Part shown: positions 27,001 through 36,300 of the stretch, piece by piece
How positions within the stretch are numbered: the stretch's first letter is position 1
How the letters are laid out: each line of letters opens with the position of its first letter
Virus record (IMG/VR): IMGVR_UViG_3300038301_000548
Coordinates: 64,001-128,000 of that record
Source: a virus
DNA: 64,000 bases
Reading direction: 5' to 3' (one strand)
Program-made: the position numbers and the translations under genes
The notes under the pieces: generated by a model
The model's database searches: none
Seen by the model: the letters and a program-made list of their open reading frames with translations, nothing else
What the model was told of the DNA's origin: nothing

Positions 27001-27232
27001 CCAATATAATATAAGTTGGGGCGATTGCAGACAGTTCCTCAAAGAACTCACGGCAAAGATCAACGAACTCTGGCGAGATCTGTGTCTTTGTGTGTGCGAT
27101 ATCTCCGCAGTGAATGATATAATCTACATTCTCTTCTTTTAGTGATTTGTATAATTGTTTAAATACCTCGCGATATTCAAAGTGATATTTTAGGTTTCGG
27201 ATATGGGTATCCGCGATATGAGCAAATCTCAT
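24095..27232 (-). CDS. Fused Mre11/SbcD nuclease - Rad50/SbcC ATPase (T4 gp47+gp46-like) in one 1045-aa ORF
   Basis: Phosphoesterase motifs HIADTH, HCGDIAH, LGNHDG, LGDIHK; then Walker A GKNYSGKSS, coiled coil, signature GSGAEK, Walker B FILDEP, ISH. Confidence 0.92.
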   Translation of the reverse strand: MRFAHIADTHIRNLKYHFEYREVFKQLYKSLKEENVDYIIHCGDIAHTKTQISPEFVDLCREFFEELSAIAPTYIILGNHDGNLRNGSRQDALSPIVRAINSPRLTLIKNAGEVKIDDNFCLNVLSVFDEDNWVAPTDKSAINIALYHGAIDKSKTDSNWTLGGDHDISIFDDFDFGFLGDIHKTQQLDKEGRVWYAGSTVQQNFGESLDKGYLLWDIEDRDNFTNRLITFDNPKPFVTLALTKNGNLPRKKPPEGARLRIVSDENVTLDKVRKAVDVAKYRYSPESVTYLNRAAGKQITVKAPEGMKQEDLRDLKTQESLMEEYLKEFEVTDTVMKKVYDLNKKYNVQVEENEDVMRNVHWSLQSLEWDNLFNYGEGNSIDFTKLEGIVGIFGKNYSGKSSIVDTLLYSLYNSTSKSIRKNLNIINQNMSDCKATATIKIDDTDYIVERVSEKYTKRLKGVETKEASTDLEFFKRDLTGNTEGLNGTSRQDTDKNVRKYFGTIQDFLTTSMASQLDSLSFVNEGSTKRKEFLAKFLDLEIFDKKFKLAKEESAVTKAALRRLEGIDFETEITSLKKDIVNSELGIESNKANCLSLKQEKQESNTRLNEIILKIESVPAEIIDPVLTSRKISGKKESILRETSRKTEAIKELKLSEEKFEKIASFLSQFDIASYEKKKEAIDTKKTELSSLLKEMESESSLKENYMQKQRLLSEVPCGSEYPSCKFIRDAHSAGSLIQITEDKVSHCASSINALGAQLSGLEPERVSEHIEKYNLLVDKRNTLATSIATSKLAIEKADSLLFKEQVELEQLQVKNTEYEQNRDAIENLKELLVLRDNTQAEIKDFESELETCESKILNLHKKQGSLEQKLRHIEEQKSEYECLKDDFAAYHLLMTCCHPNGVSYEIIKRRLPYINQEIAKILTNIVEFEVFITNNEDKLDIFIKHAKHEPRPLEMGSGAEKTIASMAIRLAFLTVSSLPKSDLFILDEPGTALDEENMEGFVRILDMIKGYFKTVLLISHLDGLKDCVDMQINIERKDGFAHVNI

Positions 27233-27256
27233 TTATTCTCCAGTGCTATTTTATAA

Positions 27257-27285
27257 AGTATATAATACTAGGAGGGATTTGTCAA
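27257..27285 (-). promoter_or_regulatory. Sigma70-type promoter TTGACA-N17-TATACT
   Basis: Consensus -35, 17-nt spacer and 5/6 -10 box, ending 25 nt upstream of the nuclease ATG (GGAG SD). Confidence 0.8.
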
Positions 27286-27455
27286 GAAGTTTTTTTAAGG
27301 CCGAAGTCTTGTAGCTGCTTTGGGGTGAGCTTTTCGAGTATGATCTCAAACACCATCTTTTCAGACTCAGTCAAGGCTGTGATGTCACCGGTGGATGCGA
27401 GGTGGTTCATCTCTTCTGAGATAAGTTGTTTTAATCTTCTTTTTGTAATTTCCAT
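27282..27455 (-). CDS. 57-aa small protein (MEITKRRLKQLISEE...)
   Basis: Manual translation, below the ORF cutoff; fills the primase-nuclease gap; GAGG SD; ACTATTTA about 31 nt upstream. Confidence 0.65.
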   Translation of the reverse strand: MEITKRRLKQLISEEMNHLASTGDITALTESEKMVFEIILEKLTPKQLQDFGLKKTS

Positions 27456-27464
27456 TTTATAGCC

Positions 27465-28382
27465 TCAAAAGTTAAGTTTATATCTTAAATAGTCAATTTC
27501 TGCAATAAGCTCCGCATTTATTTTCCTGTCGAGAAACTCGATCTTAGGAATTTCGGCAGCGTCTGTATATGGCGAAATTTTAATTGTCTTGCTAAGTATG
27601 CCGTATTCCTTGAACCTCTTCGAGATAACCAATTCCTTGTCTTTCGCATCATCGTCGAGGGCTAAGTATATCTCTGACTTGTTCCTACAAATTTTCTGAA
27701 ACAGCTTGTGGTCTTCTCTTAGAGTCGAACCTAGAAGGGGTATTGCATTTTTATGCCTTATAGCATCGAACACCCCCTCAACAATTACTATATCAGCTTC
27801 CCAATCTATGTTTAAGTCGTTAAAGATAATGTTTTTGCTGACTTTGGGATTCTTATATTTCATCCAGTCTTCTCTATATGTCCTAGAGACAAAGTAATTG
27901 ACTCGGCCGTGGAGGTTAAATGAGGGAACAATAATCCTGCCTTCATACTCTCCATAATCGCAAAAGCCAATCTTCCATTTTAGAATGTCGATATCGGTGA
28001 TGCCTCTAGAGTAAAGGTACTCTAAAGCTTTCTTTTTTTCTTTTCCCTTTTCTCCGGTAAGAGTTTTAAATTCTTCCGGCAGGTTAATCGCGATGTCGGG
28101 CGCTTCGTCAGGTTCTTCAAAAATAAACTCGTATTGAGACAAGTCAACTTCATCTGCAATATTAGACCACTCGCTATAGTACTCAGGCGCGAATTTGCTG
28201 ATTAAATACGAGATCTTGTTTCCTGAAAAATCACAAACCCAACACTTGAAAGCATTTTTGTCAATGTTTACAGACATCTTAAGTTTATCATGAGTGCACT
28301 TTGGGCACTGAAATAGTAGCTCTTCTCCAGAGACCCAATGGGGCCCGAGGGCTTTCTTAAGTATTTGTGCCTTGTCTGACAA
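27465..28382 (-). CDS. DnaG-like DNA primase (zinc finger + TOPRIM)
   Basis: CPKC...CWVC zinc finger; YLYSRGI; GRIIVP; VIVEGVFDAI; YLALDDDA. Confidence 0.85.
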   Translation of the reverse strand: MSDKAQILKKALGPHWVSGEELLFQCPKCTHDKLKMSVNIDKNAFKCWVCDFSGNKISYLISKFAPEYYSEWSNIADEVDLSQYEFIFEEPDEAPDIAINLPEEFKTLTGEKGKEKKKALEYLYSRGITDIDILKWKIGFCDYGEYEGRIIVPSFNLHGRVNYFVSRTYREDWMKYKNPKVSKNIIFNDLNIDWEADIVIVEGVFDAIRHKNAIPLLGSTLREDHKLFQKICRNKSEIYLALDDDAKDKELVISKRFKEYGILSKTIKISPYTDAAEIPKIEFLDRKINAELIAEIDYLRYKLNF

Positions 28383-28890
28383 TCTCTTCTCCCGCTAGTG
28401 CTATTATAATACTGTCGCACAGATCATACATCCCGGGCTTGGGATTTCCATGCTTTGTATATAATATCTCAATATTGGGGTATTTGTCAAGTACAAATTG
28501 AAGAACTTTTTCTTTGGCATTATCGCCTCGCTTTATACCTACTCCAGCTTTCTTGCGCGCTGTTGTGGCTGCGACCATCTCAGGTTGGATTTCAAAATTT
28601 TCATAGCAAAGCCACGACACGATACCGTTGAAGCGGGACAGAGTAGATAGAGTCTGCGCAGACGAGAATCCTGATCGAAATGATTGCAGGGATTGTTCTA
28701 CGAATATATTAGTTATATCATAGTTTGTCTTAATAGTCAATAAGTTTTTTCTTAATAAGTCGGCTTTATCGTATAGGGTCGGGAAATGCTTTTTGTTTCT
28801 GGTGTCCCAATATACACTCTCTAATACTTTTCCATCTTCGATCACTGTAGCACCAGTGATAGATGTTGAGATATCAAGTCCGAGAATCAT
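28357..28890 (-). CDS. RuvC-like Holliday junction resolvase
   Basis: MILGLDISTSITG, IFVEQ, YDLCDSIIIA acidic catalytic motifs. Confidence 0.8.
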   Translation of the reverse strand: MILGLDISTSITGATVIEDGKVLESVYWDTRNKKHFPTLYDKADLLRKNLLTIKTNYDITNIFVEQSLQSFRSGFSSAQTLSTLSRFNGIVSWLCYENFEIQPEMVAATTARKKAGVGIKRGDNAKEKVLQFVLDKYPNIEILYTKHGNPKPGMYDLCDSIIIALAGEEIVRQGTNT

Positions 28891-29473
28891 TATTTTTCCT
28901 TATTGCTTCGATATACTTTCCTAATAATAAACTTCTTGCGTCGTCATTGCCGTGGTACCAGTTCCATACAATCGAGCTTTTTATTGTATTTATTTCTTTT
29001 TCCATGTGGTTGTTCGTAGCCTTCATCATTTCAACTTGCTGTTGAGTTGGGGGTGGTGGCTTGATTCCCAACTCTTCTGCTACCTCGACTATACCATGAT
29101 AATCGTTTGTTTCAAAGGATAAACGAGCTTTTTCAAATAAAATATTCTTATACTCTTTTTCAAATTCAGATTTATTTGACAACTTGTCCGGGTGGACCTG
29201 TGTTGCAATCTTCCGGAAAACTGTTTTTAAATTATTATCTTTTTGTTCTTTTTCAATCGGAAGGATATCATCTTCTGAATTCTGAGATCCATGGTATACT
29301 TTTTCTGGTTGGCTTTCTGGTGGTGGTGGCGGACTCTCTACTATTGTCCGACTAGAGACTTCTGCCATGAATTCTGATGTCGCTAGATCAAATATCTCGT
29401 TTGTAACCTCGAGAGATTGTTTCAAAAACTTTGCGCGGATGACGAGAAGTTTATACTTTTTTTGTATTTCCAT
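28874..29473 (-). CDS. J-domain (DnaJ-like) protein
   Basis: LKTVFRKIATQVHPDKL with the HPD motif, followed by a helix III-like segment. Confidence 0.75.
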   Translation of the reverse strand: MEIQKKYKLLVIRAKFLKQSLEVTNEIFDLATSEFMAEVSSRTIVESPPPPPESQPEKVYHGSQNSEDDILPIEKEQKDNNLKTVFRKIATQVHPDKLSNKSEFEKEYKNILFEKARLSFETNDYHGIVEVAEELGIKPPPPTQQQVEMMKATNNHMEKEINTIKSSIVWNWYHGNDDARSLLLGKYIEAIRKNNDSRT

Positions 29474-29474
29474 C

Positions 29475-30674
29475 TCAAAAGTCTAGACGCATTTTTATCA
29501 TATAATCTCGACTTCTGGTTTTTTTGATAGGGTTTGCAAGCGATGCAATTGCAATCAGATTCTTGTTCTCATCGTATATTCCAACCTTAGAAATGTAAGT
29601 AATGTTGTCAAACGACGCACTATGGTTTTCCAAGTTAGAGTTGACGATATTTTTGATTTTGCGCTCAGGTTCAAGATAACGAGAGTTGCTTGCAGCTGCT
29701 TGTTTTGTGGTTTCCTCTAAGAATGTTGGGTTATTTGAGTAACTATAACGACCTTTTTCTGCGGTGGCCAACATTGTTAATGTAGGTATTTTATTAGTAC
29801 CTTTAAATTTGATGGAATAAGATGAGGATAAGACGGTTTGATGTGCTAATGCTGTTCCGACTTGGGCAAGGCCGGTGCCAAACGATAGCCAGTTTGGAGA
29901 AGTATTGGCCGCGGAAAGAAACTTGTCTTGATAGCTGTGATGCTGTGACCAAGACCCTGTTAGTAAAAATATCCCTTGCTCATATAGGGCAATGCCAGCA
30001 GTAGACCCAACGGATGAACCGGTTGTTTCAACTAGAATACCATCTTTATTGACATCTTTTAGCTGAGAGTTTAAAGTGCCACTAATATAGTAGTTTAATT
30101 CTACTGAGCCTTTATCTATTGTTGAACCGTAGAATATTGCTGGGACACAAACCATGTTTACTGCCTTTGTTCCCATTGAACCATATGTAAAATTCTGACC
30201 TAGAGTTTCTCGAGACTCTATTACATTCTGGAGGGCCCTAATATATTTCTTATTATTATCTGATATTGTTGGGCTGTCTAAGTTTTTGAAATTCTGTTCG
30301 TTATATTCCACGCCGGCTGGGACAAAAATTCTAGAAAGGCCTGCTTTTAGCGGGTAGCTTTGCGTTAGTATGTTACCATATTGAAATTGACTGGCGTCAT
30401 CGAATACTTTAGTACTTATAGTCCTATACGCATAGCGAGTAGTATCTTTTTCGATAAACCCTTTTACTAGTGAGTTTGCAGGTCTGTTTATATTTATTTC
30501 ATGGAGACTAACTTGCCCGTCAGAGATGTGTTTTTCTTTGTTGGAGAAGTCGCCTGTAGGTAGGATCTCATCATTTTTATAAACGGATCCGTTTTGAATA
30601 GAGAAATAATACTCAGGTTTGGCGACCAGAGTGCTGTAGACTAAGTCTTCAGGGCCAAACCTTTTGTATCCCAT
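29475..30674 (-). CDS. Probable tail/baseplate structural protein, paralog of 30677-32188
   Basis: C-terminus YISKVGIYDENKNLIAIASLANPIKK...RLDF. Confidence 0.6.
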   Translation of the reverse strand: MGYKRFGPEDLVYSTLVAKPEYYFSIQNGSVYKNDEILPTGDFSNKEKHISDGQVSLHEININRPANSLVKGFIEKDTTRYAYRTISTKVFDDASQFQYGNILTQSYPLKAGLSRIFVPAGVEYNEQNFKNLDSPTISDNNKKYIRALQNVIESRETLGQNFTYGSMGTKAVNMVCVPAIFYGSTIDKGSVELNYYISGTLNSQLKDVNKDGILVETTGSSVGSTAGIALYEQGIFLLTGSWSQHHSYQDKFLSAANTSPNWLSFGTGLAQVGTALAHQTVLSSSYSIKFKGTNKIPTLTMLATAEKGRYSYSNNPTFLEETTKQAAASNSRYLEPERKIKNIVNSNLENHSASFDNITYISKVGIYDENKNLIAIASLANPIKKTRSRDYMIKMRLDF

Positions 30675-30676
30675 TT

Positions 30677-32188
30677 TTAGTAATCCAGTCTGACTCTCAA
30701 GGTCAACTCATTAGTTGGATCTTTTCTGAGAGGTTCAGATAGTTTCGCTACGGCCAGAAGCTCATTGTCCGCGGAATAAAGACCTACAGTTGTTGCATAT
30801 GATCGCGGTGGGTTCATAATATTATTGGATTTTACAACTACTTTGCTACCGCTTAAATATGTTGGATTAGAACTATAATTAAACTCGTTGTGATTAGCTC
30901 TGCAAAAATAAATTGTAGAGTTCAACTCAGTAGTATTATTGAATGATAGGTTCTTTATCCTGTGGGCAAAACCATCTGCTAGGACATCCACTGTTGAGCC
31001 GGTAACAACTTTAGGTGTTTTGTCTTGTAGTGAGTTAAGTTGGGTTGTTGCTTCGGCGCCCAAGACAGAGCTTGTTAAAACTGCAATGCCTGCCTGATAA
31101 TATAAGAGCCCAACGTTAGTTGATCCATGCTTGAGCAAGCCAAACTCCCCTGCTGGAGAATTCACGTTGTAGTTTGTGGCTGCAGCAGCATCAGTGATTG
31201 TGCTTGTTGCGTTGTGAGAGGTCGCCCAGGCAGAGCCTGTCCCTAGGGACATAGTAAAGCTTCCTTTCTTTATTTCGTCTTTCACTAAAAGTCTAGAAAA
31301 ATTCATGAAGAAAACTTCGTTATGTTTATCTGTTGTAGTGCTGTAATTGCCATCAGCATCAAAGCGCCTAACTTTACCATCGGTGTCAAAGCCCGCAAGA
31401 ATCTGAGCCATCTGCGTGTACATATTGGTCTTCTTATCTTTCTGGTTTATTTTATCCATTCCACTATGGAACCCCACCACTGTGGCAGTTGCTAAATCCT
31501 CAGTAATTGTAACGTTGCCTGCGGCGCCGCCGGCCTGTTGGGTCAGGGTCATTGTCTGGTTGCCGTCTGCTGCGACTGGAGCTGCTCCAACAATTATCTT
31601 GCCGGCATGACCGTCGGCATGGTTGATAGCGCCAGATAAGAGCCCTAAAAATTCTGCCTGGTCTGTTCCGGCTGAGAGGCCTGTGGCCATGGCAAACCCA
31701 ACTGCTATGCCTTTTGTTGAGCCAACAGTGCGCGAAGCAGTAACCCCACCACTATCCAAAGTTGCACCGTTTGCAACGGTCGCCAAGTGTGCGAGTCCGT
31801 CGGCGGTATCTGAAACGAAATAGTCCACAACTGTTCCATCAGTGCTTGTTATTGTTATTTTTTGTCCTGCTGTCAGTCCATGGAGCGCGTCGCCATCAGT
31901 GACTGTTATGACTGCGGATGCACTAGGAGCGATTTGAGCCCAACTGTTTGCAGAAATGCCATAGGAAACATCAAAGATTTGATTTGCAGAAGAACTTAAA
32001 TAAGGGTAATCATAAACTGACTTAAACATCCCATGAGTGAAAGCTTTCACGTTTAACTGTGCTGTTCGGGCTGTATTAGTGTAAGCACCCGAAACGATCG
32101 TTCCTGTTATTGGTATCGCTTCGTGCAGCAAAGTTCTACTGCTAGTTCTATCTGACTCTGCGAAGCTTTTAAAAAATGTATTAGCCAT
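30677..32188 (-). CDS. Probable tail/baseplate structural protein with an inserted domain
   Basis: C-terminus YATTVGLYSADNELLAVAKLSEPLRK...RLDY; EFNYSSNPTY shared with the neighbour (YSYSNNPTF). Confidence 0.6.
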   Translation of the reverse strand: MANTFFKSFAESDRTSSRTLLHEAIPITGTIVSGAYTNTARTAQLNVKAFTHGMFKSVYDYPYLSSSANQIFDVSYGISANSWAQIAPSASAVITVTDGDALHGLTAGQKITITSTDGTVVDYFVSDTADGLAHLATVANGATLDSGGVTASRTVGSTKGIAVGFAMATGLSAGTDQAEFLGLLSGAINHADGHAGKIIVGAAPVAADGNQTMTLTQQAGGAAGNVTITEDLATATVVGFHSGMDKINQKDKKTNMYTQMAQILAGFDTDGKVRRFDADGNYSTTTDKHNEVFFMNFSRLLVKDEIKKGSFTMSLGTGSAWATSHNATSTITDAAAATNYNVNSPAGEFGLLKHGSTNVGLLYYQAGIAVLTSSVLGAEATTQLNSLQDKTPKVVTGSTVDVLADGFAHRIKNLSFNNTTELNSTIYFCRANHNEFNYSSNPTYLSGSKVVVKSNNIMNPPRSYATTVGLYSADNELLAVAKLSEPLRKDPTNELTLRVRLDY

Positions 32189-32205
32189 TATGTTCTCCTA
32201 AACTT

Positions 32206-33261
32206 TTAAACTTTCTTTATTATTCTTATTGGGACATCTATTGAATAACCAGTAGTGATGCCCACAACATTAATAAGAGTATCAATATAACGATAGTGAG
32301 TTATCAAATCATCTTCTGCTCCAGCTGACGTAAGATTAATACTCGTCCCTGCTGACCCTATCTCTTTAAATAGTTGGTCACTCGCCTGAACATGCATCGA
32401 AGTCCTAGGGTAAAATCTCAAAATAGAACCTAGTGGTCCTTCAAATTTTTCATTTATTTGAACTCGGGTTCTGTTATCGTCTGATCCAATTAGACCTGAG
32501 CGGCGGCGTGAATCAGTAATCATGCTAATATGCTCGCCAGCTCGAGGAGCTGATTCTACACAGGTTGTTCCATCTCCTTGAGTTAGATAATATATTGCTA
32601 TGCCGTCATCATCAATGAATTGGTTTGGTAGTCCTGTAGTTGTGGCTGGTACTCCGCCCTGAGGGCCTACTTGGTGCAGAGACAAAAGCCGGTGATCGCA
32701 TCGAACTAGAAAAGCTGTTTCGACTAAATCATCTGGTAGTTGTGTTTTGAACGATATACCTCCGTCGTTTGAGTCTATGCCTTGGTCAATAGCTATGTGA
32801 GAGTTTCCATCTCCGTTAATATTTGCGCCTTGGCCGCGGTAGACACCTTCCGCCAATGCCGGAAGGTTCTGATCTATTCCGTTCTTTTCGGTGTTTAAAT
32901 CTGCTGATACCAAATAGCCATCAAAGTTAAAAGCATTAGCCTGCTTAGTTTTGTTCTCGCTGTCATAAGCGACTTTGAATATTGGCATATAAAGAATATT
33001 ATTTCTAGTCATGCTAATGAGTTTGCTTTTCATCATTGACGTATTATTTGTAAAAGCTTCCAATATCGGAGTTTGCATAATCTCAAGATCATAGAAAGCT
33101 GAGCCACTTGGGTGTGACCCGTTAAATATCTTATAATTAACCTCTTCATCACCTAGGGCGAATTTAACTATCTTAAAGTTACCTCTTGCTAACCTTTGAC
33201 GGCCGGCGTCAGTAAGGACAGCGTCTAATATAATATCGCCCGAATTATCTAAAAATGCCAT
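32206..33261 (-). CDS. Probable baseplate/tail-fibre-attachment protein
   Basis: N-terminus LDAVLTDAGRQRLARGNFKIVKFALGDEE resembles tail-collar/fibre N-termini; GGAG SD. Confidence 0.55.
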   Translation of the reverse strand: MAFLDNSGDIILDAVLTDAGRQRLARGNFKIVKFALGDEEVNYKIFNGSHPSGSAFYDLEIMQTPILEAFTNNTSMMKSKLISMTRNNILYMPIFKVAYDSENKTKQANAFNFDGYLVSADLNTEKNGIDQNLPALAEGVYRGQGANINGDGNSHIAIDQGIDSNDGGISFKTQLPDDLVETAFLVRCDHRLLSLHQVGPQGGVPATTTGLPNQFIDDDGIAIYYLTQGDGTTCVESAPRAGEHISMITDSRRRSGLIGSDDNRTRVQINEKFEGPLGSILRFYPRTSMHVQASDQLFKEIGSAGTSINLTSAGAEDDLITHYRYIDTLINVVGITTGYSIDVPIRIIKKV

Positions 33262-33302
33262 TTAACTACTCCCTTAAGAAAAATCTTCACTAAAATCAAT
33301 AA

Positions 33303-33310
33303 TAAATAGT
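33303..33310 (-). promoter_or_regulatory. ACTATTTA motif
   Basis: Intergenic, about 42 nt upstream of the 33261 ATG. Confidence 0.5.
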
Positions 33311-33364
33311 GTTTTTTTAATAAATAAACCTTTTATATTTTAAAATAAACGCATGTACATTTGG

Positions 33365-36300
33365 TCAAGCGCTTTCATTATTGGGCAATTTCTTTGAGGT
33401 AAAACTTATATTAAAATCCACTGCTTTGCCAGTAGCTTTAGACTTAACTCTAATTTTAAACTTTTTGCCCCATATTAAATTTTCAGCGTCGGGGGTGTTA
33501 CCTAGTGACACCCTCTCTATATCCGGAGCTGATCTCTGAAATTCTATAGAATTTATTTTATCTTCTCTGAGGCCTAATTGTTCACGAACACGGTTGGGAA
33601 AGTTATCAGCTTCAATAGATTCTAAAACTTGTGAAAAATTAACAGTTGATTGTGAAAAATTTGGCTTAATGTGGATAAACCTTTCGAACTGTATGTTAGC
33701 TTTTCTTGGCTCTTGATACATTTCGTATGTATCCATTTCCATGAATATTCCGTTTTGGTAACTCACCATCCTGACGCGGTAGACTTCTGTTGGGTTTGAC
33801 ATACCCCCTGAATCGTGCGCGCGGAATGTGTAGTAGTAAAACTTATTTGGTTCAACTTCTAGTTTAAAAAGCCCGGTCTTTCCAGTCGCTGGTATTTTAT
33901 AGTTTAGGCCAAATTCAAAATCTCTGTAACTCTTTGGCTCGAAATCAATTTGAAATATCTCAAAGTGCTCAGGCAGGGAATCACTTCTGTATAAGAGGTT
34001 CTTGCCTTGGGATAGGGTTTCAGCTTTGTGCATTCTAGATATTTCTCTTCTGTCATCTCGCTTTATGATTATAGGCCGTTCTAATCTTTCTCCATAGTTT
34101 GTATCCATCAATATATTATATCGATCTTCGATTCCATTGAAGGGGAGAAAATTAACCTGTGGGGTGATAGGCGGCCTATCTTTGGTCGATACTTTTTTCT
34201 CGAAAAATGGGGCGCAGTTCAATAAGATCATTCTGTCCGATGTCACAGAGAGGTCAAAACAATTCCTAAAGGGGTTGATAGCGCTTTGAAATCGAGGGTT
34301 AGAAAAATAAAATTCAGATTCCTCTTCACTGTAGTTGTACTTGTTTCCTATCACCAGGTTCATAGTGAAAATTTTATAAACGTATTCTTGATTTGGAAGA
34401 ATCTGAGAGTCTATAAAATTAATTCTGTCAATAGAGTTGTTGTCCATCAACAAGAAAGTTTGTATTAACATTTCATTTTCTGTTGTCTGTGTTTCGCCGC
34501 TTTCTTGACTTTGGGTTACCCTCTTAGATATCCTATATTTCTCTATCTTATAGCCAATCGTTTCGGAGTATGCTTTTCTTCCATAAAGTATGTCTGCAAA
34601 AGATCTTTGCAACTCATGTTCGCGGCAGGCTAAATTTAATTGAGTTAAGAAGATTTGTGAGCTTATAGCTTCTTCTATTCTTAGTATCTCTGTGTTGTCC
34701 CAACCCGCGTAGTGCAGCGGGTAGTCTTCTATGTTTCTAGACTGAGGAGAGACATCAGCCTCTTCAGCTAACGTGTGGATTAGTTTGTCGAAGTTTTTGT
34801 ATATGGTAGTCGGAACATTGTTTCTAACTTTATCATTCCTAGTAAGGCTGACTGTGGGGTTATCATTAGTGCCAATAAATTCATCATCTAGAATTCGCGT
34901 TACGCGTTGGCCGTCGTCGATGGCATATGGAACTTGCGGATCTGGCAAGTCGTCTACTGGTGCTGGAGCTGGAGCTGGGCTCGGCTGTAACCTTTCGCCG
35001 CGAGCGTATCCTGGTGCAGGGACAGGGCCTGCAAAAGCGGCCCGGACTTCTGGGCTTAGGCGCGGATCGGCTGAAGTGCTATTAATCCTGAGATATTCTG
35101 CTAGGAAAGTACCGGGTGTAGGCGCTAGATACTCTAAAGCAATAATATCCATTCTATTGGACTGCAATATGCTACTAAGGTGGCCACCTTGGCGTGATTT
35201 AATTTTAATTTCTACATAATTTTCAGCCAATTTTCTAATATCTTTATTTACTTCTTCTAGGCGCGCTACTCGGTCGGAAGGAAACTTGTGAAACTGGCTT
35301 GAGCTGAATCCTAAATTGTTATTTTCCAAGTTCATATCTATGGCGTTTCGATATTCAGACATGACAGAATTAATCCAATTTTCTATGTTAGCTAATTCAT
35401 TAGGAATATCTGCAGGTCCATCAATATTGGGAATTCGCCTCTTGGTTATCGCTGCTTGATAAAACTCATACGCGCTTGGTATATTTAATTCATAGTCTAA
35501 ACCAGTGATAGGTTCAACATTTTGTATTTTTACTTCCAAGTCTGCGCTGTGGGATGGGGAAACAAGCACCCCGTCTAGTTCTTTTTCAAAAAAAGCCGCA
35601 GGTGTGATATAGGTGTAATCCAAAAACTCTTTATCAAAATCTATAGATCCTTGCGAGTAAAGCTCTGAAGACCTATCATTGAACTTCTGCTTAAAGTCTT
35701 CGTAATTTTCTGACCTCTTACCATGCATATAAACATCTAAAAATTGAAGCCTCGTTATATCAGAATTCGGAGGGATAAATTTAATTGGCGTCGCAGGAAT
35801 AGCCGGGTTCGATGATATTAAGTTTTCTGGAAAAATAAATCTGAATTTTTCTTTTATCTCTGATGAATTTCTAACTGGCGTCTTGCTGTAGAACGCTTCA
35901 TTTAGACGACCGTCGAGACGGATTATCCTAGTGTATGGCTCTACATTTGCGTTTCCTTCTCCTGGTATGTTATTGTCGCGATTTTGCTCAGGGCTGAAAA
36001 ACGCGTGGCGGTTTCGCGGGTCGCCAACTATTGAGTTTAATAGGTGCGGTGCTAGAGGGTTATCGGGCAGCCTGTGCCACATATTCGAGATGGCCATTCT
36101 AAATTTGTCAACTGTGTGCTTAATGCTTTCTGGCTGATAACTCAGCCAGTTGGATGCGTGATTCGGAGTATCATACCTATCACTGAGCGCTGTGATAGAG
36201 TCAAAGTTGGCAAAAGAACCGTTGAAAACTGTTGTGTAGTCTCTTGTGGCTGTAGAGAATTCTGGATTAACATCCCTAGACGGGGCATTTTCTTCTGAGT

